Shown here: one piece after another, positions 8,914-19,544 of the stretch
Position numbering within the stretch: position 1 is the first letter of the stretch
How the letters are laid out: each line of letters starts with the position of its first letter
Assembly (NCBI GenBank): GCA_003223415.1
Contig: QHUY01000044.1
Coordinates: 30,443-94,442, forward strand
DNA from: Gemmatimonadota bacterium
Lineage (GTDB): Bacteria; Gemmatimonadota; Gemmatimonadetes; Gemmatimonadales; GWC2-71-9
Length of the DNA stretch: 64,000 nucleotides
Reading direction: 5' to 3'
The notes under the pieces: model-generated
The model's database searches: none
Told to the model about the DNA's origin: nothing
What the model saw: the letters and a program-made list of their open reading frames with translations, nothing else
Made by a program: the position numbers and the translations under genes

Positions 8914-9222
8914 ATGGCGACCGCAACGAAAGCGAAGCTGAAGCTATTCCCCCTGGCCGACCGCGTAGCGATTCGGCCGATGGAGGAGACCGAGACGATG
9001 AAGGGTGGTCTGTATATCCCGGACACGGCCAAGGAGAAGCCGATTCAGGGAGAGATCCTCGCGGTCGGTCCCGGCCGGCGGGAGAAGGGGGAAGTGGTCC
9101 CGATGGAGCTCAAGGTCGGGGATCGCGTGGTCTACGGGAAGTACAGCGGCACGCAGGTGGAGCTCGAAGGGGAAGAGATCATTCTGATCAAGGAATCCGA
9201 CGTCATTGCGAAGCTCGGCTAA
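8914..9222 (+). CDS. groES: Co-chaperonin GroES
   Basis: [37 protein letters not shown]; GGAGG SD. Confidence 0.97.
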   Translation: MATATKAKLKLFPLADRVAIRPMEETETMKGGLYIPDTAKEKPIQGEILAVGPGRREKGEVVPMELKVGDRVVYGKYSGTQVELEGEEIILIKESDVIAKLG

Positions 9223-9239
9223 AGCGCGAGGAGGAATAG

Positions 9240-10874
<1,635 letters not shown>

Positions 10875-10901
10875 CAACTAGACGCACAGACGCATAGGTA
10901 G

Positions 10902-10936
10902 AGCGCCCCGGGGCAGCTTCCCGGGGCGCTTGCTTG
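10902..10936 (+). terminator. Probable intrinsic terminator after groEL
   Basis: Stem AGCGCCCCGGG / CCCGGGGCGCT followed by TGCTTGT. Confidence 0.7.
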
Positions 10937-10968
10937 TAGGGCGGTGTGACACCGGACACTGACCGGCT

Positions 10969-11059
10969 GCGCTGCGCACCAAACGCCCCTATCGGGGCCC
11001 GTGGACGCAGGCGGATTCTCAAGTACCTGGACGATGGGGCGGGGAAGGAGTTCGACCCC
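10969..11059 (+). pseudogene. Frameshifted relic of an HD-GYP domain C-terminus
   Basis: ALRTKRPYRGPWTQ in one frame joined to RILKYLDDGAGKEFDP in another; matches the HD-GYP tail pattern DALxxxRPYR...G.EFDP. Confidence 0.65.
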
Positions 11060-11126
11060 GGGACGCGGGCTCCTGAGCGCCGTCTCGGGGTATTACGTTT
11101 CCGCCTTCCGTTCGCGAGACTTCGAC

Positions 11127-11510
11127 GTGCGTCTGATCCGGCTTCCGCTCCTCCTCGCCCTGCTGCCCCCGGCCGCCGCGGCGCAAACCGCGCGCCGCCT
11201 CCATCTCGAAGGCGACTGGCAGGCGAAGGCGGGCGAAGAAATCCGTCACATCATGGTGCGCACGGACAGCTCGGCACAGTTCGGCGACCAGGTCGCGCGC
11301 TGGCGCCAGGTGACGGACAGCCTGTGGCTCACGCTCGGGGACGGGGTGTGGCAGGTGTACGGGATGCGGCTCGAGGGGGACCGGCTCACGCTCTCGGGCG
11401 GCGATCTCGACAAGCCGGTAACGTTACGGCGGGTGGGGCCGGCGACGCCGCGGCCCGACTCGGTCGTGATCCCGCCCCCGCCGCCGCCGACCGAGCGCGC
11501 CTGGGACTGA
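11127..11510 (+). CDS. Small secreted hypothetical protein
   Basis: Signal peptide (V)RLIRLPLLLALLPPAAAAQ followed by beta-rich domain (LEGDW...LTLSGGDL). Confidence 0.65.
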   Translation: MRLIRLPLLLALLPPAAAAQTARRLHLEGDWQAKAGEEIRHIMVRTDSSAQFGDQVARWRQVTDSLWLTLGDGVWQVYGMRLEGDRLTLSGGDLDKPVTLRRVGPATPRPDSVVIPPPPPPTERAWD

Positions 11511-11514
11511 CGCG

Positions 11515-13359
11515 CTAGCGCGCCTCCCGCACGCTCGCGATCCGCCAGCCGGTCGCCGTTTTCTTGAACCGCATGGCGAAGCGCGGGCGATCCTCGCGCT
11601 GCGTGCCGCCGCCGCGCGGCACGAAGGCGTAGATGCCGCTCACCGAGGCGCTCGCCGAGTCGCCACGCACGGTGAGCTGCTCGGCCGTGAACTTCGCCGA
11701 GAGACGCTCGGCGCCCCGGAAAAACGTTCTCCAGCTGGCCACATCGCGCGCCGTCATCGTGGGATAGAGCGCCTTGAGGTTCGCGATGCGCTCGCTCGCC
11801 ACCGCGCGGCCGAGATCCTGCAGCAGAACATCGAGGGCCGCCCGGGGCTCGGCCGGTTGCGGGCTCGGTGGGGCGACTCCCAGGCCGATGGCGGTCTGCT
11901 CGGCGTCCGAGGCCGCCAGCTTCGCCAGGGTGAAGTCTCCTGCCTTGAGCAGGGAATCGGCGCGGGCCAGGGCGTTCACGGCGCGCGCCGCCTCCGGGCG
12001 CGCGCCCAGGGCCCGGACGGCTGTGTTGGCGCGCGAGATCAGTTGCTCAGCCTCGCTCCGCAGGACCACCGCCTCCCGCCCGGCCTTCCGGTACTGGTCG
12101 ACGGCACCGCCGTACATACTCGTGGCGCGCGTCTGCTCGCCCGCCCGCACGGCCTGATCCGCCGACGCCAGCATCGTCTCCGCGATGGCCCAGGAGGGGA
12201 CCGTGTTCTTCTGCGCGCCGGCCCGCTCGGCCCGACCGCGGACGGCGAGCACCGAGTCGCGCAGCGCCGCCACCGCGGGCAGTGCCCCAGCCGGCGGCGC
12301 CGCCGGCGCGACGCCCTCCGACGGCCCGACGAGCGGGGCGGCCGTCGCCTGACCGGGGGGAGGGGGGGCCGCCGGGCTGCGGAGGGAGGTGTAGGCGAGG
12401 ACCACAGCCATCGTGCCCAGCGCGCCGAGTACGAGCATACGCGCGCGCAGTGAGATGGGGCGGACCAGCGAGAGCACCGCGTCAGACAGCGTGCCCAGGG
12501 AGATGCGCTGCGTGGTCGTCTCGCCCGCGCCGGACAATGCCGCGCGGATGCCGACCAGGGTCGCACGCATCTGCTTGGCGGTCTCATAGCGGTCCTGAGG
12601 GGCCTTCGCCATCGCCCGGATGACGACGCGCTCCAGCGACGCGGGAATCGACGGCGCCACCGTGCGCAACGGCCTCGGGTCGGTCGTGAGCACCTGGTAC
12701 AGCACCCCGTGGACCGACTCGCCCTCGAACGGCTTTTCGTAGGTCAGTAGCTCGTACAGCAGGCACCCCACCGCGAATACATCGGTGGCAGGGGTGATGG
12801 CACCGTTGGTGATCTGCTCCGGTGCCATGTAGGTGGGGGTGCCGATGATCGAGCCAGACCCCGTGGCGTCGGCCGACTGCAGCCGGGCGATGCCGAAGTC
12901 CATGATCTTCACCCGGCCGTCCGAGGCGACGCGTACGTTGGAGGGCTTTATGTCGCGGTGAATGACCCCGCGGTCGTGCGCATAGGACAAGCCCTGGAGC
13001 ACCTCGATCACGATGTCGAGCTTGCGCTCGAGCGCCAGGGGGTCGCGCGCGGCAATGAGGTCGCTCAAATCGGTGCCTTCGACCAACTCCATCGCGATAA
13101 ACAGCTGGCCCTCGGCTTCGCCGAGGTCGTAGACGGTGACGATGTTGGGATGTTGCAGCGCGCCGGCGGCACGTGCCTCGCGGAGGAACCGCTCGCGCAT
13201 CTCCGGCGTCTTGACGAACGTCGAGCCGAGCAACTTGAGCGCCACGTAGCGCCGGAGGATGGTGTCGTAGGCCTTCCACACGACACCCATCGCTCCCTCA
13301 CCAATGAGCTGATGGAGCTCGAACTTGTTGAGCCGGCGATACGGCTTGGCCTGGGGCAC
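11515..13359 (-). CDS. Hanks-type Ser/Thr protein kinase with TM and extracytoplasmic C-terminal domain
   Basis: IGEGAMGVV, VALK, HRDIKPSN, DFGIA, GTPTYMAPEQ; TM at about aa 310; possible NTF2-like C-terminus. Confidence 0.93.
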   Translation of the reverse strand: MPQAKPYRRLNKFELHQLIGEGAMGVVWKAYDTILRRYVALKLLGSTFVKTPEMRERFLREARAAGALQHPNIVTVYDLGEAEGQLFIAMELVEGTDLSDLIAARDPLALERKLDIVIEVLQGLSYAHDRGVIHRDIKPSNVRVASDGRVKIMDFGIARLQSADATGSGSIIGTPTYMAPEQITNGAITPATDVFAVGCLLYELLTYEKPFEGESVHGVLYQVLTTDPRPLRTVAPSIPASLERVVIRAMAKAPQDRYETAKQMRATLVGIRAALSGAGETTTQRISLGTLSDAVLSLVRPISLRARMLVLGALGTMAVVLAYTSLRSPAAPPPPGQATAAPLVGPSEGVAPAAPPAGALPAVAALRDSVLAVRGRAERAGAQKNTVPSWAIAETMLASADQAVRAGEQTRATSMYGGAVDQYRKAGREAVVLRSEAEQLISRANTAVRALGARPEAARAVNALARADSLLKAGDFTLAKLAASDAEQTAIGLGVAPPSPQPAEPRAALDVLLQDLGRAVASERIANLKALYPTMTARDVASWRTFFRGAERLSAKFTAEQLTVRGDSASASVSGIYAFVPRGGGTQREDRPRFAMRFKKTATGWRIASVREAR

Positions 13360-13427
13360 CTACGACTCCCATGGGGCAACCGGCGCAATGTGCATGGGAT
13401 GCCCAGGGAGGGCAACAGTCAGCATGG

Positions 13428-14597
13428 TCAGCGGACACACCAATCGTACACGCGGCCGAGCAGGGCGCGCGTCGCGTCGTCCACTGCGACGTCGCGCCGC
13501 GGCAACACCCGCGCGACAATCTTCAGAAACCCTTCTTTCGTCATGCGTCCCGGCCCGACTCCCCCCCAGGCGAAGGCCGGCACGTACTTGGGCGGCCGCA
13601 CCACGTCGAACACGTTGGCCCCTGCGCCCACAATGGTGCCGGTGCCGAGCAGGGTGCCGATCGCCGTCTTCGCGTGGTCCCCGATCAAGCTGCCGACGAA
13701 CTGGAGGCCCGTGTCCACTCCGGTCCCGGCGGCGTCGAGCCGCACCTGGCCATAGGTATTCTTCAGGTTCGACGTGATCGTGCCGGCGCCGAGGTTCACC
13801 CACCGGCCGACTACCGTGTGCCCCACGAAGCCGTCGTGCGCTTTGTTGGCGTAGCCGAGGAACACACAGTTCGACAGCTCGCCCCGCACGTTGCAGCGGG
13901 GGCCGATGGCCGACAGGCGGATGGCGCCGCCGAGCACATGCGCGTTGGCGCCCACCCACAGTGGGCCCTCCAGTCGCGCGCCCGCCCGGACCTCGACGCC
14001 GCTCTCCAGCACCACGGGCCCGTGCGTCGTGTCGAACACCACACCGGGCTCCACCGCCGCTCCGTGCACGGCGAGCCAGGCGGGGTCGCCCATCACGATC
14101 GCGCCGCGGGGGATCGCGTCGCTCGTGCCGAGAAGCCCGAGCAGGTCCTCCGGCAGCAGGCGTTCGAGGGCGGGAAACAGGTCCCAGACGCCGTGCAGCA
14201 CCACGCCCTGGACCTCGACCGTCTGCGCGTGCGGCTGCGGGCCGTCCCACGCGATGCCCGCCGGCACGCCCCAGCCCACCGTGATCCCTTGACAGGTGAG
14301 CCGAAAGGGAACCGCCGGCAAGTCGGGCGCGAGACCCCGCGGCGCGAAGGTAGACGACCCGATGACCGCGGGCCCCGTGACCGGATGCCTTTCCGTCACG
14401 ACGGGTGTACCCGGCTCGGCGAAGCCCGCCAGGTGGGGCAGCGCGAAGATCTCGGTCGTCTCGGCGCCGACGAATGCCTCCCACCGCTCGCGGATCAGGT
14501 GGGCGCCGGCGCGCAGCTCGCTCAGCGGGCGCACTCCGGCGAAGGGGAGCCAGGGGGGCCCCGGGTCGGGGTCGAGCAGGTAGAGGACGTGGCTCAC
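13428..14597 (-). CDS. GlmU-like putative sugar nucleotidyltransferase / hexapeptide acyltransferase
   Basis: ELRAGA N-terminal motif, hexapeptide repeats, NKAHDGFVGH, NLGAGTITSNLKNTYG, IGDHAKTAIG; GTG overlaps manC stop. Confidence 0.82.
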   Translation of the reverse strand: MSHVLYLLDPDPGPPWLPFAGVRPLSELRAGAHLIRERWEAFVGAETTEIFALPHLAGFAEPGTPVVTERHPVTGPAVIGSSTFAPRGLAPDLPAVPFRLTCQGITVGWGVPAGIAWDGPQPHAQTVEVQGVVLHGVWDLFPALERLLPEDLLGLLGTSDAIPRGAIVMGDPAWLAVHGAAVEPGVVFDTTHGPVVLESGVEVRAGARLEGPLWVGANAHVLGGAIRLSAIGPRCNVRGELSNCVFLGYANKAHDGFVGHTVVGRWVNLGAGTITSNLKNTYGQVRLDAAGTGVDTGLQFVGSLIGDHAKTAIGTLLGTGTIVGAGANVFDVVRPPKYVPAFAWGGVGPGRMTKEGFLKIVARVLPRRDVAVDDATRALLGRVYDWCVR

Positions 14598-15604
14598 AGG
14601 CGATGCGCCAAGGCCTTGATCTGCTCGGCACGGCCGGTCGGCGTCACGAGGGTGTGACCGTTGGCGCGCACCACCACGGTGTCCTGCACGCCTATCACCG
14701 CGACGTGCTCGCTCTCCGACCAGATCACCGAGCGCCGCACGTCGTCGCCAAGCGTGACGTTTCCGACGACGACGTTGCCGCGGGCGTCCCGCGGGCGGAT
14801 CCGCAGCAGGGCGTCCCAAGAGCCGATGTCGTCCCACGTGAACGTACCCGCAACGACGGCGAGCCGCCGCGTGCGCTCCAACACGGCGACGTCTACCGCC
14901 ACCGGCCGCACGCGCGCGAAGAAGCCCGGCCCGTCGCCGGCGGTCAGGGCCGGCCAAGCGGCTCGTAGCTCACGCGCGTGGGCCGCCGTCTCGGCCAAGA
15001 AGCGCTGCGCGCCCCAGGCGAAGAGGCCGGTGTTCCACAGCGCGCCCCGCCGCCGCAGCTGCCGGGCTCGGGCGGGGCTCGGCTTCTCGACGAACCGCAA
15101 CACCGCACGGCCGCGACCGAGCGGTTTGCCGGGCACGATATAGCCGTAGCCGATTTCGTCCCGCGATGGCTTGACGCCGACCGTGACGAGCACGTCGCGC
15201 GCGCGCGCGACGCCGAGCGCCCGCGACGCCGCGGCACGGAACGCCGCGTCGTTGCCGACCGCCCAATCGGCATGCAGCGAGAGCATCTCGGCGTCGGGGT
15301 CACGCGCAGCGATGCCGTGCGCCGCCCAGGCCAGGGCGGGCGCCGTGGACGCGGCGCGCGGCTCGGCCAGGATCTGCGCCGCCGGCACCTCCGGGGCCGC
15401 TGCCGCGATCTTGTCGACCAGGTAAGACCCGGTGAGAATCAGCACGCGCTCCGGGGGCACGAGTCCGTGCAACCGGTGCACCGCCTGGGCGAGCAGCGGC
15501 CGGTCGCCTGCCAGCGGCAGCAGCTGCTTGGGCCGCTCCGGAGTGGACAGGGGCCAGAATCGGGTCCCAGACCCGCCGGCGAGAATGACCGCCCACACGC
15601 TCAC
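14594..15604 (-). CDS. manC: Mannose-1-phosphate guanylyltransferase
   Basis: VILAGGSGTRFWPLS..PKQ, EP..STAPA, GYGYI, FVEKP, WNTG, WDDIGSW. Confidence 0.9.
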   Translation of the reverse strand: MSVWAVILAGGSGTRFWPLSTPERPKQLLPLAGDRPLLAQAVHRLHGLVPPERVLILTGSYLVDKIAAAAPEVPAAQILAEPRAASTAPALAWAAHGIAARDPDAEMLSLHADWAVGNDAAFRAAASRALGVARARDVLVTVGVKPSRDEIGYGYIVPGKPLGRGRAVLRFVEKPSPARARQLRRRGALWNTGLFAWGAQRFLAETAAHARELRAAWPALTAGDGPGFFARVRPVAVDVAVLERTRRLAVVAGTFTWDDIGSWDALLRIRPRDARGNVVVGNVTLGDDVRRSVIWSESEHVAVIGVQDTVVVRANGHTLVTPTGRAEQIKALAHRL

Positions 15605-16074
15605 GAGTCGGCCCCTCCCCCCCCCTCCCCCCCCCCTTCTTCGGCGTCCGGGGGCGGGTCGCCGAGCATGGCCGCGACCTGGGCGGTGAGCTTCTTCGGG
15701 CTGAACGGCTTGGTGAGCAGGGCGGCGCCCAGCCGCTGGGCCTCCGCGAGGACTTTCTCTTCGCCCTCGGCGGTGAGCACGACCACGGGCAGGTGACGAG
15801 TGCGTCGCTGGGCCCGCAAGTCGCGCAGCAGCTCGAGCCCGGACCCGTCGGGGAGGTGGAGATCGAGCAGCAGGCCGGTCGGCGCGGCGCGACGATCGGC
15901 GAGCGCGGCGCGGGCCTCGCCGAGCGTGCGGGCCAGGCTCATGTCGTAGCCCATCGCTTCGAAGTAGGGGCGCAGCAGCAGTCCGATATGCGGCTCATCG
16001 TCGACGATCAACAGTCGCCGCCGCCCAGCAGGGGGAGTGGGTGGGGGGGGGGGGGACGAGGAGGCCGGAGTCAC
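15601..16074 (-). CDS. Single-domain response regulator receiver (CheY-like)
   Basis: LLIVDDE, LLDLHLPDGSG, VVVLTA, TKPFS; no output domain; start inferred. Confidence 0.85.
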   Translation of the reverse strand: MTPASSSPPPPPTPPAGRRRLLIVDDEPHIGLLLRPYFEAMGYDMSLARTLGEARAALADRRAAPTGLLLDLHLPDGSGLELLRDLRAQRRTRHLPVVVLTAEGEEKVLAEAQRLGAALLTKPFSPKKLTAQVAAMLGDPPPDAEEGGGEGGGGADS

Positions 16075-16087
16075 CCGCCGCGCTCGC

Positions 16088-16441
16088 TTAGAGCAGGCCG
16101 GCGATGGCCGAGCGATGGCGGCGGAGGTCGAAGAGGAGCCCGCCCACGTTCGTGGCGGGCTGGACGAGCACGACCAGCAGAGCATCCGCGGAGACCACGG
16201 TCACCACGACGAGGCCCCGCCCGAACTCCAGGACCGCGGTGCCGAAGTCGCCGCGCGCGCCGGCTTCGCCGAGCTGAGTCATCGCGTTGATGACGGCTGG
16301 CAGCAGCGCCGCGACGCTCTCGGAATCGACGCCGTTGGTGGTGCGGGCGGCGATCGGCAGGCCGTCGCGCCCGACAACTACGACGGCGTCGACGCCGCTG
16401 CGACGGCTGAGCGCGTCCACGACGTCTCGAATGCTCGCCAT
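16088..16441 (-). CDS. Roadblock/LC7 (MglB-like) domain protein
   Basis: GVDAVVVVGRDGLPIA and NVGGLLFDLRR; 117 aa. Confidence 0.85.
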   Translation of the reverse strand: MASIRDVVDALSRRSGVDAVVVVGRDGLPIAARTTNGVDSESVAALLPAVINAMTQLGEAGARGDFGTAVLEFGRGLVVVTVVSADALLVVLVQPATNVGGLLFDLRRHRSAIAGLL

Positions 16442-16450
16442 ACGGCGGCC

Positions 16451-16523
16451 AAGCTAGGACTCGACGGGGCCGAAGTCAAGCAGCGACCGAGGGTTGACCC
16501 ACTTCGCCGAGCGCCAGTATCTT
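16451..16523. promoter_or_regulatory. Divergent sigma70-type promoters
   Basis: Minus: TTGACT(16479)-17-TAGCTT(16456); plus: TTGACC(16494)-18-TATCTT(16518); each 9-10 nt from an ATG. Confidence 0.65.
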
Positions 16524-16533
16524 CCCGGCACTC

Positions 16534-17100
16534 ATGCGATTCCCGCGCCCGCCATTCGCCGCGCTCGGCACCCTCGCGGCGCTCGCCGCGCTCGCCGCCT
16601 GCGGCAACTCCACCGGTCTTCCTCCCGCGCACGTCGTCAACGTGGTCGACACGGTGTCGCTGTATGCGCTCGACGGGACACCGCTCACGGCGCCGTCGGC
16701 GTATGACGTCGAGACCCTGCGGACCGTGCGCACGGATGTCACGACCGCGTACGACTTCATCTTCAACATCGACGGCGCGGGACGCGCGCTGCTGCTGCCC
16801 ACGGGCGCCGTCGGGCTCGGGAAACAGTCGGCCATTCTCGTGCAGTCCACGTCGTTCGACGCGGTCACCGACGCGCCGACGTCGGGCTACGCTGACTCCA
16901 CCGCCGTCGAGATCGACAGCGGCACAGTGGCGGTCATCCGCTCCCGGCCGACGCAGTGCAGCTTCGGGGCGATCGTGTTCCTGTACGCCAAGATCGAGGT
17001 GCTGAAGATAGACCGCGTGGCCCGCCGCTTGGACTTCCAGATCTTGGCGGACCTGAACTGCGGCTACCGCGAGCTGCGGCCGGGCATCCCCTCGCGGTAG
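16534..17100 (+). CDS. Hypothetical lipoprotein
   Basis: Lipobox LAAC; beta-rich; two Cys near C-terminus. Confidence 0.7.
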   Translation: MRFPRPPFAALGTLAALAALAACGNSTGLPPAHVVNVVDTVSLYALDGTPLTAPSAYDVETLRTVRTDVTTAYDFIFNIDGAGRALLLPTGAVGLGKQSAILVQSTSFDAVTDAPTSGYADSTAVEIDSGTVAVIRSRPTQCSFGAIVFLYAKIEVLKIDRVARRLDFQILADLNCGYRELRPGIPSR

Positions 17101-17104
17101 CTCC

Positions 17105-18397
17105 GTGATCGACCTGAAGCTCCTGCGGACCGCTCCCGACCACGTGCGGGCGGCGCTGGCGCGTCGCGGGGATCCAGCGCTCCTCACGTTGCTGGAGGAG
17201 CTGGAGCGTTTGGACGCCCAGCGGCGCACGCTCACCGGCCAGCTCGACCAACTCAAGGCCGAGCGCAACGAGTTCGCCAAGGCAGACGCCCAGCACGTGA
17301 AACAGCATGGCGCGCTGGCGCCCACTGTCGTGGAGCAGCGCCGCGAACACGGGCGGCGAATCAGCGACCTCGAGGGCGAGCTGCGGAACATCGAGACGGT
17401 TCTCTCGGCCAAGACGCTGTTCGTCCCGAATCTCCCACTGCCGGATGTGCCGGACGGCGGAGAGTCCGCGGACCGCGTCGTGCGCAGCTGGGGCACGCCT
17501 CGCGTGCACGAGCCCGGCCTGAAGCCCCACTGGGAGATCGCCGAACGCCTCGGCATCCTGGATCTCGTCCGGGGTGCGAGGCTCTCCGGCTCCGGGTTCC
17601 CGCTGTTCATCGGCGCCGGGGCGCGGCTGGGGCGCGCGCTGATCGGCTTCATGCTGGACATTCACACCCGTGAGCACGGCTACGTCGAGGTCGCGCCGCC
17701 ATTCGTGGTGCGGCGGGACAGCATGGAGGGCACGGGGCAGCTGCCGAAGTTCGAAGACGAAGCGTACAAGACCGCGCCCGACGAGCTGTTCCTCATCCCG
17801 ACGGCGGAGGTGCCGGTGACAAACCTGCACCGCGGCGAGCTGCTCGAGGGCGCCCGGTTGCCCGTCGCCTATACGGCATACACACCCTGCTTCCGGCGCG
17901 AGGCTGGGGCGGCTGGGAAGGACACTCGCGGGCTGTTGCGCGTGCACCAGTTCGACAAGGTCGAGCTGGTGCGGTTCTGTCGCCCGGCCGATTCGGTGGC
18001 CGAGCATGAGACGCTGACCGGCCACGCCGAGACCATCCTGCAGCGGCTCGAGCTGGCCTACCGCGTGAGACTGCTCGCGGCCGGCGACACCGGGTTCGCG
18101 AGCGCCAAGACCTACGACCTGGAAGCTTGGGCACCGGGCGTGGGCGCGTGGCTCGAGGTGTCGAGCGCCAGCACGTTCACCGACTTCCAGGCGCGCCGCG
18201 CCAACATCCGCTTCCGCCCGGGGCCCGGTGCCAAGCCGGAGTTCGTGCACACTCTCAACGCCTCCGGTGTGGCGCTGCCGCGCACCATCGCCGCGCTGCT
18301 CGAGACCCGCCAGCAACCCGACGGCTCGGTCACGCTGCCGCCCGCGCTCGTCCCCTACATGGGGTGCGATCGCCTGTCGCCCGCTGGTGTCGCGTAA
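17105..18397 (+). CDS. serS: Serine--tRNA ligase
   Basis: N-terminal coiled coil, GTGQLPKF, LIPTAEVP, FRREAG..GKDTRG..RVHQFDKVE, HTLNASG. Confidence 0.97.
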   Translation: MIDLKLLRTAPDHVRAALARRGDPALLTLLEELERLDAQRRTLTGQLDQLKAERNEFAKADAQHVKQHGALAPTVVEQRREHGRRISDLEGELRNIETVLSAKTLFVPNLPLPDVPDGGESADRVVRSWGTPRVHEPGLKPHWEIAERLGILDLVRGARLSGSGFPLFIGAGARLGRALIGFMLDIHTREHGYVEVAPPFVVRRDSMEGTGQLPKFEDEAYKTAPDELFLIPTAEVPVTNLHRGELLEGARLPVAYTAYTPCFRREAGAAGKDTRGLLRVHQFDKVELVRFCRPADSVAEHETLTGHAETILQRLELAYRVRLLAAGDTGFASAKTYDLEAWAPGVGAWLEVSSASTFTDFQARRANIRFRPGPGAKPEFVHTLNASGVALPRTIAALLETRQQPDGSVTLPPALVPYMGCDRLSPAGVA

Positions 18398-19544
18398 AGA
18401 CTCCTTACGCCGCGCGGGTCCGCCGGCCGTGGTGGGACTCGCCGTCCTCGTCGCAGCCTTCTCGCTCGGAGATGCCTGGGTGGTGGCGCGCCACCTGCGC
18501 GAGGACGCGCAGCGGACCAGCCAGCTATTCGGTCGGGTCTTCGCCGGCCTGAGCGACCCGCGCAGCGACGCGGCGGTCGACGCCCTGTTCGACCTCGCCG
18601 AGCAGGTCCGGGCCTTCAAGATCCCGATCGCCCTCACCGACGCCGCCGGCCACGTCACCGCTGTTGACAACATGCCGTCCGGGGCCGAGACCGACACGGC
18701 GCGGTGGATCGCCCGGCTGGACGCCGTCACCCGGCCGATCGTGCAGCCCGGCGTGGGCACGCTGCACTACGGCGCCCTGCCCATCGCGCGGCGCCTCGCG
18801 GTGCTTGCCCTGCTGCAGGGCGTCGTGCTGGTGGGTCTCGCGGGCCTTGTCCTGTGGGCATTTCGGTGGCGGCTCGCGGCTGCGCGCGACCGGTTGTGGG
18901 TGGCGATGGCCCGCGAGTCCGCGCACCAGCTCGGCACGCCGCTCATGAGTCTCACCGGCTGGATCGCGTACCTGCGGGACAATCCCGCGGTCTCCCCCGC
19001 CGAGCTCGCGGACCACCTGCAGGCCGACGCCGAGCGCCTCGAGCGCGTGGCGAAGCGCTTCGAGCGCATCGGGCGCCCATCCCGGCAGGAGCCGGTGGGC
19101 CTCGGCACCGTGGCCGAGCGTGTGGTCACCTACTTCCAGCCGCGGCTGCCGACCTTGGCAAGCCCCGTCACCCTCACCCTGCGCGCGGCCGGGCCGGGCC
19201 CGTCCGTGCTGGGCGACCCGGTGTTGCTCGAGTGGGCGCTTGAGGCGCTGGTCAAAAACGCCGTGGACGCCCTGAGCGGTCGCGGCGGCCGGGTGGAGGT
19301 GCGAGTCGACGCGGCCGGCCGCACCGGTCGGCTCACGGTGCAGGACGACGGGCCGGGGATCCCAGCGCGAATCCGGGCGCAGCTGTTCGAGCCGGGGGTC
19401 ACCAGCAAGCCGGGCGGCTGGGGGATGGGGCTCGCCCTCGCCCGCCGCATCGTGGAGCAGCAGCACGGGGGCCGGCTGGCCTACCATCCGGCCGCCGCGG
19501 GCGCCACTTTCAGCATCGAGCTGCCGCTCGCGCCCTCCCCATGA
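18387..19544 (+). CDS. Membrane sensor histidine kinase
   Basis: Two TMs, H-box ESAHQLGTPL, N-box KNAVDA, DDGPGI, FEPGVTSK, GWGMGL. Confidence 0.9.
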   Translation: MSRKDSLRRAGPPAVVGLAVLVAAFSLGDAWVVARHLREDAQRTSQLFGRVFAGLSDPRSDAAVDALFDLAEQVRAFKIPIALTDAAGHVTAVDNMPSGAETDTARWIARLDAVTRPIVQPGVGTLHYGALPIARRLAVLALLQGVVLVGLAGLVLWAFRWRLAAARDRLWVAMARESAHQLGTPLMSLTGWIAYLRDNPAVSPAELADHLQADAERLERVAKRFERIGRPSRQEPVGLGTVAERVVTYFQPRLPTLASPVTLTLRAAGPGPSVLGDPVLLEWALEALVKNAVDALSGRGGRVEVRVDAAGRTGRLTVQDDGPGIPARIRAQLFEPGVTSKPGGWGMGLALARRIVEQQHGGRLAYHPAAAGATFSIELPLAPSP

